From Sphagnum compactum (Eukaryota): 64,000 nt of DNA. Shown in pieces: positions 51,075-64,000 of this stretch (positions within the stretch are counted from its first letter, which is position 1; the number at the start of each line of letters is the position of its first letter). The stretch spans positions 13,568,213-13,632,212 of the forward strand of contig OZ234493.1 in NCBI GenBank assembly GCA_965153455.1, in the 5' to 3' direction. A program made the translations under genes and the position numbers. Below the pieces are notes generated by a model. The model did no database searches. It had not been told where the DNA came from and saw only the letters and a list, made by a program, of their open reading frames with translations.

Positions 51075-52600
51075 CTCTCCCTGATTCAACTCACACCCTG
51101 CTTCACATAAACCCAGCAAAAGTAAAGCTTCAACAACATGGCGAGATGAGGGACCAATCATTAACATTCATTCATAGTTCTTCTTCTGCTAACACACAGC
51201 AGCAGCTTCAGCAGTTCATATTGAGGCCCTGCCTGCTCTTGTTGTCCATGATCTATACTACTGCAGAGAGAAACCCAATCATATACCTATCTATGAGATC
51301 ACAGCGACATCTCCAAAACAACAATTCAATGATAACATGACACCGAGTGCAGTCATAACCTTATGAGAGTCCGTCACAAAGTGTCAGACCCATCACCTTC
51401 ATCACAAATAGTCCATTGACAACATGCTGCCATGACTAATTACACCCAACTCAAACTTCATGAGCTCCAGACAGTGGGTGTGTAGATAAGTATTGCAGAG
51501 GGTTATAACCCAGGTAAAGATATGAAACTGTAGTATATGGTATGGGAATGGTACCAGTGGCATCTCCCATTCAGCTGAGTCAACTGGGAGACTTGTGTGC
51601 ACTGTCCAGATTCATCCTGACACCCACAAACATTGCTTCCCATATCAATAGCTGCCAATTTATGATGACAGTCCACCACAGCTTTAGGAATGGAGCTGCC
51701 GCCTCATATGCTATTGAGGACAAAAGCACTGTTTGATGAATGTGCCTTTCTTCTCAGACACCATAACAGTGGTTACAACATGGTAATACCGAACACAAAA
51801 ACTAGGTGTATACCCAAAACATGCAAGAGAGAGATTTTCTATGCGATACAAGAACAGCACCACCATACATTTCCTCTTTCTGATGTCCTCAGATGTAGCC
51901 AGAAATGACATCAGTCCTCTTCTGTCCCACTCAAAAACAAACTGTACATGAGGGATGTCCAAAATTGAGGAGGAGCAGTATTAAACTCTTTGTAGCAAAT
52001 TTGGAGAAAAACAAACTGTTGGCAATCCATCAGCCATGAAAGTGGTGAGCTTCACAATTGTGATGGGGCCAAGTGCTAGATTTGGGTGGCAAGGGTTTTT
52101 ACCTCATATCACCTCCAACACCTTCTCCATTGACAATCATGTCTTCAGCATCATCTGCCTTCAGTAGCTTTGCTTTCTCACAATTGTTTGGTTGTTCTCC
52201 CTGGGGTTTTCAGAGAAAATCTCTGGGATGACTATCTGCTTGGCTCCATTCAAGGCTGCTTCTTGCTGAACCCAACTCTCAGTAGTTTCTCCCCTTCTTC
52301 TCTTCTGATGCTCCTCTTGTTGTTGTTGCTTTCCCTTCCTCTCTCTCTCTCTCTCTCACCCCCTTTCTGCTGACTTTCTATATGCCAAGCTCCTGCAAAA
52401 CCGTCATCTCCGTCTCCTCCGTGTCCACGACGAGGATTTGAACCAAAAACTTCACGACCCAAAACCCAATTGCCTCTCTCTGTCTCCCTGTGGGGATCAA
52501 TCCTTCCGAAAGACTCAACAACTGCCGGAGGCAAATCCGGTAACTAACGGACAGAACAATCTTTCGCTACGATTTTCTTGCCACGACTAGATAGCTCTAC

Positions 52601-52646
<46 letters not shown>

Positions 52647-53249
52647 CTGTGTGCCTCCTCCTCCTCCTTCCCGGAGCTGTGCACAAACAAGAAGAGCATT
52701 CACAAACTCAAGCAATCCAAGCAAATCAAGCAACCAATCCTCGTCGACGAGCTTCAAAAACTTGAGAAAAGAGAGACAAAACCACCTCGGGAAAAAAAGA
52801 AGAAAAAGAAGCTTTCAAACAGACCCAAAATGAATTCTCCACAAAGCCAGAGACATGGAGAGAAACAAAAAACACAAACAAACAACTAGGAGAAGCAAAA
52901 TTGGAGAAGCAAACTGCGAATTAGAACAAGAACGGAAACAAACCAAAATTTGAAGAATTTTTATTTTTTTGGTTTGTATGCAGAATGAGTTGTGGGAGAT
53001 TTTTGTGGTACCTACGATTGTTTGGGATTGCTGCCGCTGCTGCTGCTGTGGAGAGGAAGAAGAAAGAGGAGGAGGAGGAGGAGGTGTTGCAGCAGACGAA
53101 GCGCGCGGTGCGCGACGTCCCAGACGCAGTGCAACGCACCAAAAGAGCGTTTGTCTGGATCCTTTCCCTTCCCTTTCCTTTCCTTTTGTGTTGGGAGGGG
53201 GTTTCCAGGCCGCTCCCAAGGCTATTTTTTTAATTAATTAATTAACTAA

Positions 53250-53692
53250 TTTTGGTCGAATTCTGGCTATTGAAAATCTTCTCCAAAAGCACTGGTCCAT
53301 TTTGTTTGTGATTATGTAGGCAACAAAGTGAGAATGATGCATCCACAGGAAGATTTAGCCAAATTTGATTAAAAGCTAAATATATAGAAAAACATCTGGC
53401 GATTTTTCTTCAACTTTGGTCGAATTCTGGCTATTGAAAATCTTCTCAAACAGCACTTGTCAATTTTGTTTGTCATGTTGGCACCCAAGTGGCAATGATC
53501 CTCCACAGGAAGATTTAGCCAAATTTGATTAAAAGCTAAATATATATAGAAGAAATCTGGCAATTTTTCTTCAACTTTGGTTGAATTCTGGCTATTGAAA
53601 ATCTTCCCAAAAAGCACTTGTCCCATTTTGTTTGTTATGTAGCCGCCAAAGTGCCGATGATCCATCCACAGGAAACATTTAGCCAAATTTGG
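53250..53692. repeat. Tandem repeat, about 2.7 x 163 bp
   Basis: TTGGTCGAATTCTGGCTATTGAAAATCTTCTC.AAA.GCACT.GTC.ATTTTGTTTGT...TCCACAGGAAGATTTAGCCAAATTTG at ~53252, ~53416 and ~53577. Confidence 0.85.
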
Positions 53693-53700
53693 TTACAAAC

Positions 53701-56700
53701 TGAATATTATATCACAAATTCCTTTTTGTAAAAGAAAAAATTTGCAAAATTTGCAAGATTTTTTAAAGGATAAATTTCAGAAATATCAAACCTCCAAAAT
53801 TAGAAAATGAACATTTTGGTCACAAATTTTGTTATCAAAAAAAGAAAAACATTTGATAAATTTTCATGAAATTGCCTTTTTGGGGAGAAATTTTCACCAC
53901 ATTTCATTCTCATAGCTTTTTAGTTTTAGGGCAAATTGTCACAAGTTCTTTATGTTGTAAAAAAATTATCAACATTTTGTTTACAAACATGTTGTCAATT
54001 AATGTTAAATCTCTTTTGGGATGATTGCTAATGATACTACATTAAAAAAACTAGAAAAAAAAGAAGGGGAAAAAAAAAAAAAACTATCTCTCATTCGAAT
54101 ATAGTTTCTAATAGTTAATATGTATTAGTTGAACTAAATATTATTTAATATTTATTCCTCAAACCTAATAGGTAATGTTTAATATTTATCAATTGAACAA
54201 AATTAAGCAATTGAAGTAGCCAAATAATTTTTAAAAATTCAGGTAAAAGGCCAAAAAAAAATATAAATAAAATAAAATTGGATGCAACCTTAAGCACACC
54301 CGACTACTTTTGTGATTTGGTTTGTGTGTTGACAATTAATCTTAAACCCAAAAAATTGATTTGTTTGTAAACATTTGTGTAAAATTTTGCACACACACCC
54401 AAATAAATAAAAAAATAAAAATTGTAATGTGTTTGTAAATGTTAACAATAACAAAAGAAGCTACATGATTATTACATCATGATGTGTTCATGTATTAACA
54501 ATAACAATAGAATTAAGCTACAAGATGATTAATAATAAGCATACTTAGGGATTTTTGTAGAAATAAAGCTTAGCATGTTTCATTTTTCTTAATTACCTAT
54601 GAATTCACATGAGAAAGAAAAACACGTTGTTTTATTATATTTCCCTTTGTTTTTTTTAAAATGCAACTTGAGCATTATTAGTTGTTTAGTATAGTATGAA
54701 TGGTGAATAAAAAATTAATTAATTACAATGATGTACAATAGTCTTTTTTGTGAGCATTATTACACAAAACACAACAAAGGGGGAAATTTTTTGAAGCCAC
54801 GAGGGAATAAAGGTCGTTGCCACTATATATATATATATATATATATATGGAGGTGCATCAATGACTAGGTACTTAAATTTTGGGTTTATTGACAATTTAA
54901 AAATATAAGCCATGCAATTTTTTTAATTGCAATATTTGAAACCCTTTCTACAAGACATCAATAAAAAAATACCAAAATAATGGAATTAAAAGTCAAATTG
55001 TGAAACAATTCATATGAAGACAAATTCATCAAAGCACAAAACCAATCAAATTGCATTGAAAAGGAAAAAATAGGGGGCAAAGGATTACAAATTCTATTTG
55101 CCCCCCCTCCCCCCATCCTCCCCAAAGGAAAAATGATTCTGGCTATTGAAAATCCTTTAAAAACTCGATTATAGCACTTTCAACTTTCTTTTAATATAGC
55201 TATTTGGCTATAATATAGGAAATAATAATTCAGTGATTATTTTTCTCACAAGTTGTGTAGTTTTTTTTCCTCCTAGTGCAAATTTTGCTAATTAAATAAG
55301 GAAAAATTAGCCAACAATGCTCAAGCTGCTCCTCTTAGATAGTGAATTTTAATTTTAATTTTTAATTTTGGGGATTGGTGAATTTTTTCCAGCATAAATT
55401 CAGTGATTTTTTTCTTTAAAATTATGTCATTTTTACTGAAAAATTTATTTTTATTTTATTTTTGACAAATGTGCTTAAAATCCAACCAGTTTTTCTATAT
55501 CTTTGGGAAATTTTAACTTAATTTGTATATCATAAAATTAGAAAAAACAAACCCCGATTTCCACCTCAAATGGAATATTCTGTCAAAAATTCTTTTTCCT
55601 AAAGAAAAAAATTTGTGAAGTTTTAGAGAGAGAGAGAGGTATATTTATTTATTTATTTATTATTTAATTTTAACAAAATTTGAACCTTAAACATCAAAAA
55701 TGAATATTATATCACAAATTCCTTTTTGTAAAAGAAAAAATTTGCAAAATTTGCAAGATTTTAAAGGATAAATTTCAGGAATATCAAACCTCCAAAATTA
55801 GAAAATGAACATTTTTGTCACAAATTTTGTTATCAAAAAAAGAAAAACATTTGATAAATTTTCATGAAATTGCCTTTTTGGGAGAAATTTTCACCACATT
55901 TCATTCTCATAGCTTTTTAGTTTTAGGGCAAATTGTCACAAGTTCTTTAATTTGTAAAAAATTATCAACATTTTGTTTACAAACATGTTGTCAATTAATG
56001 TTAAATCTCTTTTGGGATGATTGTTAATGATACTACATTAAAAAACTAGAAAAAAAAGAAGGGAAAAAAAAAAAAAAAAACTATCTCTCATTCAAATATA
56101 GTTTCTAATAGTTAATATGTATTAGTTGAACTAAATATTATCTAATATTTATTACTCAAACCTAATAGGTAATGTTTAATATTTATCAATTGAACAAAAT
56201 TAAGCAATTGAAGTAGCCAAATAATTTTTAAAAATTCAGGTAAAAGGCCAAAAAAATAAATAAATAAAATAAAATTGGATGCAACCTTAAGCACACCCGA
56301 CTACTTTTGTGATTTGGTTTGTGTGTTGACAATTAATCTTAAACCCAAATGATTTGTTTGTAAACATTTGTGTAAAATTTTGCACACACACCCAAAAAAT
56401 AAAAAATAAAAAATTGTAATGTGTTTGTAAAATGTTAACAATAACAAAAGAAGCTACATGATTATTACATCATGATGTGTTCATGTATTAACAATAACAA
56501 TAGAATTAAGCTACAAGTTGATTAATAATAAGCGTACTTAGGGATTTTTATAAAAATAAGCTTAGCATGTTTCATTTTCTTAATTACCTATGAATTCACA
56601 TGAGAAAGAAATAACACGTGTTTTATTATATTTCCCTTTGTTTTTTTTTTAATGCAACTTGAGCATTATTAGTTGTTTAGTATATAGTTTCAAAGTCAAA

Positions 56701-57142
56701 ATGGTGAATAAAAAATTAAATTACAATGATGTACAATAGTCTTTTTTTTGTGAGCATTATTACACAAAACACAACAAAGGGGGAAAAAATTTGAAGCCAC
56801 GAGGGAATAAAGGTGGTTGCCACTCTATATATATATATATATATATGGAGGTGCATCAATGACTAGGTACTTAAATTTTGGGTTTATTGACAATTTTAAA
56901 ATAAAAGCTATGCAATTTTTTTAATTGCAATATTTGAAACCCTTTCTACAAGACATCAATAAAAAAATTACCAAAATAATGGAAATTAAAAGTCAAATTG
57001 TAAAACATTCATATGAAGACAAAATCATCAAAGCACAAAACCAATCAAATTGCATTGAAAAGAAAAGAAAAAAAAGGGGGGGCGAGGATTACAAATTCTA
57101 TTTGCACCCCCTCCCCCCCTCCTCCCCAAAGGAAAAATGATT
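53701..57142 (+). repeat. Local direct duplication of ~1.44 kb (53701-55138 and 55701-57142) with a ~560-bp spacer
   Basis: Both copies start TGAATATTATATCACAAATTCCTTTTTGTAAAAG, end CCTCCCCAAAGGAAAAATGATT, and are colinear and highly similar, including an (AT)n tract. Confidence 0.92.
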
Positions 57143-57614
57143 TTTGTGGACCCCTTCAAAAGGGCCCCTCCATTAAGAGGGAACATTTCATGGGGGGAAT
57201 GTCTTAGGTTAGGTTATGTTGCATTATGGAATAGGCCCCAATAAGGGGCCCATTCTACCTAGGAACATGGCAAGCTTAGGGGCAAGCCGCCATTTTGTTA
57301 GGGTTGGTAATAGCTTATGGCAATGTGTGTGTTCCATAATGTAATTGGTTTTTTGTAATCAAATGAAGAAGTTATGATCAAATTAATACTTGCATAATTG
57401 TTTTGTGAATAATCTAATTGATTGTAAACTTTTCAACCCTATAAATCTTGAGAAATGCTAGATGAAGAAAAAAAAAAAAAAGGGCTTCACATTCATCAAG
57501 TAAAATAAAAGATGTAATATAACATTGTCAAAAAATCAACTTAAGATCCATAAAAAACAAATTCCCGAAAAATAAAGTAGTGTGTAAAAAAGCAAGAGTT
57601 GTCATCCCTCCCAA

Positions 57615-57652
<38 letters not shown>

Positions 57653-60600
57653 TATTGATATTTAAGGGAATTGAGTGCAACCACAAAGGCCAAAGTTAAC
57701 ATAGAATTTGAACATTTTAGTACCAAATCTTTTAATAATATGGGAAACTTTTGTTCCAAAATATCTAGACCTAATCTTGGAAATTGGGACCCTTAAGCTA
57801 CCTTGTGTTGAAACTTTGAAGTGGGTAAAAAACTGGGTATTGACGAGTGTTGGCTGATTATTGAGAAAATACATGGTTATTTAATAATGTTATTAATAAT
57901 TTGTCGATTGATTATTGAGTTTTTAAATTTAAAAAAAAAAAAAACTACCCACCTAGCATTCTTGTGGTAATAGAACGGGCAAGACCTTTAAGGGTTGAAT
58001 ATTAAAATTTTCAAAATTTAATAACCTACCCAAATGAAGAACATCCAAGTAAATTACGCCTTAAACCCTAAACTTATTAGACCTTAAACCCTAGACTCTA
58101 AACTTTTCAGTGTAACTATTTTATTTTGCGCCTTCTTGTTCCCATTTCTTCTTTGAATTGGAGATTTCCTTGAAAAATTTGAGTAGCTAACTTGTCTCCA
58201 CTTTGGATTGAATTGTTACACTTGTTACACTTGGTTTGTTGTAATAGTTGCCCATTACTCTCTTTTTGACTTACATCATCCTTGTGCATTTCTTGCTTTG
58301 CTACAATCATAGGAAGGAAGCACAAGGGCAATGGGGACACACACTTTTGACCTAGGTAAAAGAAAAAGAAAAAGGAAAAAAGAAAAACCTAGACCTAAAC
58401 CCTAGGTATCTACTAGCCTTCCAACTTGGACTTGCTTGAATCAAAGGTTTTTTTTGTAAACCCTACTTGGGTCCTATGCAAAAGAAGTGAACCCAAAAAA
58501 ACTTTTTGAACTAACCATCAAAGGTCTTGCATGGGACAACATACCTTAATAATATTAGGGAAGTATAGATTTTCCTATTGAATTTGTCTTCTATGTATTT
58601 ACTATCACAACTTTTTATTATAAGAAAAATCAAAGGGGTTTTTACAAGGTTTAACCTCCATCATGGTTTATACCTTTCATCTATTTAATTTCCATTTCTC
58701 CCACTTTTGTTTTGGAAACCAATGCTTTCAAGGTAGTATCCTCATTTTCACTTCTTTCTTAATCCTTACATTCATCCTATCCTAAGTTCTAACTAGGCAA
58801 CTATTCCTTTTTTGTTCATCATTTGTTTGGATAAAATGGGGGGAAATTAAACATCTAGGAGGCTACATGGTGAGCACATATGGAAAAACAATTGTACAAA
58901 AGCTTCATCAAACATAACTAGGAATGACTTAGAAAAGAGCAAGCACCAACCTTTTCATATTGGCAAAATATTTTGCTAAGAGTGAAATTAAAAATAAAAA
59001 AACTGAAAAATGAAACATATTTTGAAAGATTCCATGATTGGAAAAATGACCCCCAAAAAGAGTGAAAATTGCCATATTTCTACATTTGGTTTCTAATAAA
59101 TAGCAAGAAATAGAGAAAAATGATTAAATGTTTTTTCTTCATATTTGGTTTATAACTATATTTGGCTACATCTCCTAGGGATGGTCATCACTTTTTCTAC
59201 ATGTTCCATTTTCATTACATTAAGTAAACCAAAAATTCCTAAAAAAATCACTAGAAAACACGAAACATTATCAATGAATTAAATGCAACTTGATCTTTCA
59301 CACTAAAGCACACATGCTCATGTTAATGCCCAAGAAGAAATAATTTCCTTCAATTATTTTGTTGTACCTGAGTTACCAAAATAAGTAGGTTTAGTGTACC
59401 GAAGTTTTTGAAGTAGAGCTTGTGAAACAAGGGTTGAAACCAATGTTGGGTGGTTTTCAAGATTGTAGTGAAAACTTGTTCGATTTTTAAGCCAAATTTT
59501 TACCATGAAAATCATCGGGTATCACTAGTTTGTGATACCCAAATTTAATGAATGTTGTCCCCTTGGTTCTCACTTCAATGGAAACCTCCCATTTGAAAAC
59601 CACCTTCTTAAAGATATAAACAAAACCACCTAGGGTGATTCTTACTTATAAAGGTCTAGAGTTAAGGGGCTAGTTTAGGGGTAGGCGATAGGCAATTTAT
59701 ACTTATTAGTTGTGGATGCATCACAAAGATCAATGTTGTTTTTTCAATGGGTTGCTTTGATTTGTGCATTTTGATTGACATTATTTTTAATGCTCCCAAA
59801 CAAAAGCTTTTTCCATCAACATAGGAATGTTGAAGGTTCAATTTACAACCACATTTGAGTCACAAATGTATTGCATTTGAGAAAGAAGAAAGATGGAGTT
59901 TGCAAGGTAGCTTGGGACAAAACACCATTGGGAAAAAGCTTGGAGAAAATAGTATTCCTTATATAATAGGTCAACCAATGTTCCGTGAGGAAGATACGAC
60001 CTTTGTCAAGCAACACTAGTCAAGCATTATTACCTTTCTCACGCAACATTACTATGTTTTCCTTGAACAACTTGGCCCCACTTCCCTTGAAAGTGGAGTT
60101 ATGATTTATATGAGGAGCTCGTATAGGTACATTTTCCTAAGAAAAACATCCATTCTTGTGCAACTTGGTCCCACTTTCCTAGCCAAGTTGCCCAAGAGAA
60201 TACTAATAATTCAAGTGCAATTCCATAAGGAAAAGGGGAATTGATGTCATGCTTTTTGCATGACCTTGGCTACATTTGTAGGGACAACATGAAGGAAAGT
60301 TACAATGTTTTAGAATTTTTAAAAGGTTGTTGCACAATGGATGAATGTGTTTTCAACTTCTCATATGTAATTTTCAAATTTTCATTCACTATTCAATTTA
60401 AAAATTTCAATGTGATAACCATTGTGTTGTTTTTCATCCATTTTTTAACTTCAATTTTTAATACCATTTTGTAAATTTTATCCATTTTCAACCTTTTTGG
60501 CAAAATTTTCATCCATTTCATAACCTTAATTTCTTAACTTTTGATCAATTGCATAATTTTACTTTACGAAATTTCACCCATTGTGCAATTTTTGAAAAAA

Positions 60601-63107
60601 AATCATCCATCATGCAATACTTCATCCATCATGCATGTTTTCCCCAAATAAGTGTAGCCAAGCTCCTTGAGAAATCATGCTGCCAATTCCCCTTCTTCAA
60701 AGGGACCTTAGCCTAAATTAATTTTTTTTCCATTGACCAACTTGGCTAAGGAAGTGGGATCAAGTTGCACATGGATGGATGGTTTCCCTAGGGGTGTGTA
60801 CGCAAGCTCCTTAGGGAAAGCTTGAAAAACAACCATCCCAAACACAAGGAACACATCCCTAAAACCATCTTCTTCCTTGGATAATTTCATCCAAGCAAGC
60901 CATCCAAAAAAAAATGTTGGGAAAAAAAATTACACCCAAAATCTTGGATTCATCGACTTGATTATTAACCATTGCATCAAAAATTGTAGCTTACAAAATT
61001 GGGATATCATTGATAGTAAGACGTTTGTCATAACTTGAGTAAAGTTAATTTTTTTTAAAAAATATTATTGGGTTGGGCCCTTGTCTTGCAAGTGCGACCA
61101 CATTTAATTTGTCGTTCTTATTGAATGTGTTTGCTTTCATATTGATCCTCATGGCATTATTATTTATCCCAACATAAATTCTTAGTGTTGCTTGAATACA
61201 AGTGTGGCTTGTGCAAATAGCATGTGTGTGAACATGGTGTTGCGGATAGAACTCAATTGTAAAAATATTATTTAAAAATTTAAATTGATATTTAGTTATG
61301 AAAATTACTCAATATTCAATACCTCACCCATATTAGGTCTAAAAAAATTAATGAAATCCACTTTAAGAAATGGCATTTATTAAAAGCTTTTCAACGTACA
61401 AAGAACTAGCCTCAATTTTTCATAAAGTATTTAGATTTTTTATTTTGTTAAATTTTCTTTGATAAAGTTATTCAATATTCAATAACTATCACATGGTAGG
61501 TCTAAACATTACCAAATCACCTTAGTGCAACTTTAGTCATCAAAGGCTTACCAACAATACCAAGAGCACAATACAAGGATCATTCCATAGTCTCTCCCTC
61601 CCTTTTTACTTACATACAAATCGAGCCAACAAAATCAGACAAACCAAAAAGAGATCAAAAGAAAAAAAGACCTTTCCCAAAGGAAAACTAGTAAAAAGAA
61701 AAAAGAAACAAAACAATTGCATTGGTGACATTGCATTTGAGTTGACAAAAGAGCAATCATAGTAATAATAATATAATAATAATAATAGAGCAAATGGGTA
61801 CATCTATTTTGGCTAAAGTGGATGGTGCAAACATAAGCTTATATATTTTATAGCATGAAGTGATGATGATTCTCATTAGCCCAAGTTTTTTGTCAACTTT
61901 AATTATTGTATATATATATATATAAAGAGGCTTTTTCTCTCCCTACACTTTGCCCTAGAATTGGGGTTATATTGTCTCACTAAATTTGACTAGATTCCAA
62001 GACTTTATTAGAGTTTGGAACATTGAACCAACCCAATGAAGGCATATTCTATTCAATAATTTTCACTTTTGCAAAGGCAAAATTCTACACCCTCAAATCA
62101 AATGAAAGGCTCTTTTTTGTTGTTCTAGAAGAACTTGCTTAACTCGAGTCACATGAGAGAGTGTTTTGTGTTTCCTAGTTCTTGATTTTGAAAGGGAACC
62201 TTAATAACGGTTATTATTATCCCCTTTCATCCAAACCAAAGGATATTTGGATGGACGGTCACCCCCTGTCCCCTCTTTCAGTGGTATCCGCAAAGTAAAG
62301 ACATTTTAATAAATCTCAGTATGAAATGCTGAAACTCGGTATGAAATGCTGATACTCAGCATTCAATGGATAAGGTTCGAGACTAATTATAGTAGGAGGA
62401 GTGAAAATATATGTAGCAGCAATGGAGGCGCTCGGGAAAAAAAGGAAAGACAGGATGAAACTCAGTTTACCACCAAAATTGACGGTTTTCTTTCTGAGTT
62501 TCATCCCCCGTTGAAGGCTAATGTACTTTTTTGCAGGTTCGTTTTGAATCTCACCCTGTGTATGACCAAACTCAGGGTGGGTTCTGGTGCTGTGTTTTTC
62601 TTACTTACGGATAACTCTAATGATAGGAAGTTCAATTTGGGTGTGTATTTTTTTATTTCCCCAATTTTGAGATGTGGACAAACTTAGTGGCTATAATCTG
62701 TACAATAAATTTAGCCAAATTTGGCTATCAACTAGATATGAAAGTTAAAAACGTCAAATATCCGTCAATATTTTGGCTATCCACTAGAAAGAGAAAGAGA
62801 AAAGCCAACAACTCTTGATTTTGCACAACAACTTGGGGTTCAATGTTTTTGTGCAATTTGTGATCTCGGTGGTTGCACTAGGGTTTTTGTGCAATTTGTG
62901 CTTTTGGTGGTTGCACTAGGGTTTCGGGCACCTTTGGCCTTCCTCTCTCCCCAAGGCTCGGGGTGCCATAGATGGCAAATGTGCATTGGACAGCCCATCA
63001 TCCTACATTCATGTTATATACATCACGGTTGGATGAACCTGTACAATGGATGATGATGAATACCCATATCTTAATGCCATAGTTATTGGTGGTGTCAAGT
63101 GCCAAAC

Positions 63108-63563
63108 CAGTGCTTGCCGGTTATCTCGTTCCTCTCATAACCGGGGCTAGGTCGGTTGTAAAAAAAATAAGTTTGCAAATTTGGACCCGTTGGTTATCAA
63201 TTTCAGTGTCAAAGTAACATCCATTGGTTGTCAACTTACTTGATTTTTAAAAAAATAATAGTCGCCGGTTATGCATAGTAAGGGTCGGTTCTCAAATACC
63301 CGCCTTGAGAATTGTCGGCTATATTATTATTACCTAGTAAGGGTAGGTTATAGGGTTTTTTTTATAAAAAATTAATATTTAATATTTATTCAGCTTTTAT
63401 GTTTTTCCATCATAAACATGTTTCGGGTTTTAAGATGGATAAAAATTACTTGGGATGAATTTCCAATCATTCGAGTCGGTTATTAAAATTTGAAAAAATT
63501 CGATACTTCTTGACTCAGGTTATCTACTGGGTTTCAAAAAAGATAGATAACCGGCCAACATTG
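63108..63563. mobile_element. hAT-like MITE (~456 bp)
   Basis: Imperfect TIRs CAGTGCTTGCCGGTTATCT and AGATAACCGGCCAACATTG; many internal (C)CGGTTAT subterminal motifs; degenerate ~8-bp TSD-like flanks GTGCCAAAC and GTGTCAAC. Confidence 0.62.
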
Positions 63564-64000
63564 GTGTCAACGATTTGCACTCTCAATGAATTTGTCCATT
63601 GTTATTTCTTTCAACAAATTCTATTGGTTTTTTTTTTAACCCATAAAAATTGGGAAGATGTTGGAATCTTTAAATTTTTAGTGTAAAAATTTTGATTAAT
63701 TTTTCTAAATTTTTGAAAAAAATAGCCAAATTTTTTGTATCACAAAATTGAATAAAAATAACTTGTCGATCGATGACCCCTCAAATAATATAGAAGTTAT
63801 AGGGGCCCTTTTAGTAAATAGATTATTTCTGAAATACCCACATTTGGCCATCCAAGATGTGTCCAAAAAATCCCAATTATAGTTTAGAAAATATTAATTT
63901 TTGGGAGATCCAATGGTTGTGTGTGTTATGATCTAATGGACATAATTGAGTAAGTATACAACTTGTCACTTGGGGTTGGATGCTTGACCTTCCCATGTGA

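Overview
Eukaryotic land-plant nuclear DNA with GT-AG introns, AT-rich intergenic DNA and CT/AT microsatellites. The gene style and repeat content suggest a bryophyte, probably Sphagnum (inference, not verified). Genes read from the sequence: an intronless, divergent Tubby-like F-box gene (+); a 9-exon CHUP1 (+); an intronless WDR13-like WD40 gene (-); a 17-exon katanin p80 (-); a divergent 4-exon SmD3-like gene (-); a decaying multi-exon coiled-coil gene (-); and a 6-exon PUB6/7/45-type U-box/ARM E3 ligase (-). Mobile DNA includes a solo LTR with a 5-bp TSD, a Tourist-type MITE with a TAA TSD, a hAT-like MITE, and a ~1.95-kb non-autonomous Helitron carrying pieces of three unrelated host genes (ABC1K8, an OPT transporter, an adenylate kinase). 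Main oddities: (1) this gene-capturing Helitron; (2) a perfect 3x449-bp repeat over the CHUP1 start codon that creates two 21-aa hydrophobic uORFs; (3) an in-frame TAG and a frame-preserving duplicated splice acceptor in katanin p80; (4) an intact SmD3 paralogue with a new N-terminal extension and no RG tail. Exon boundaries were inferred by hand and were not checked against transcripts.
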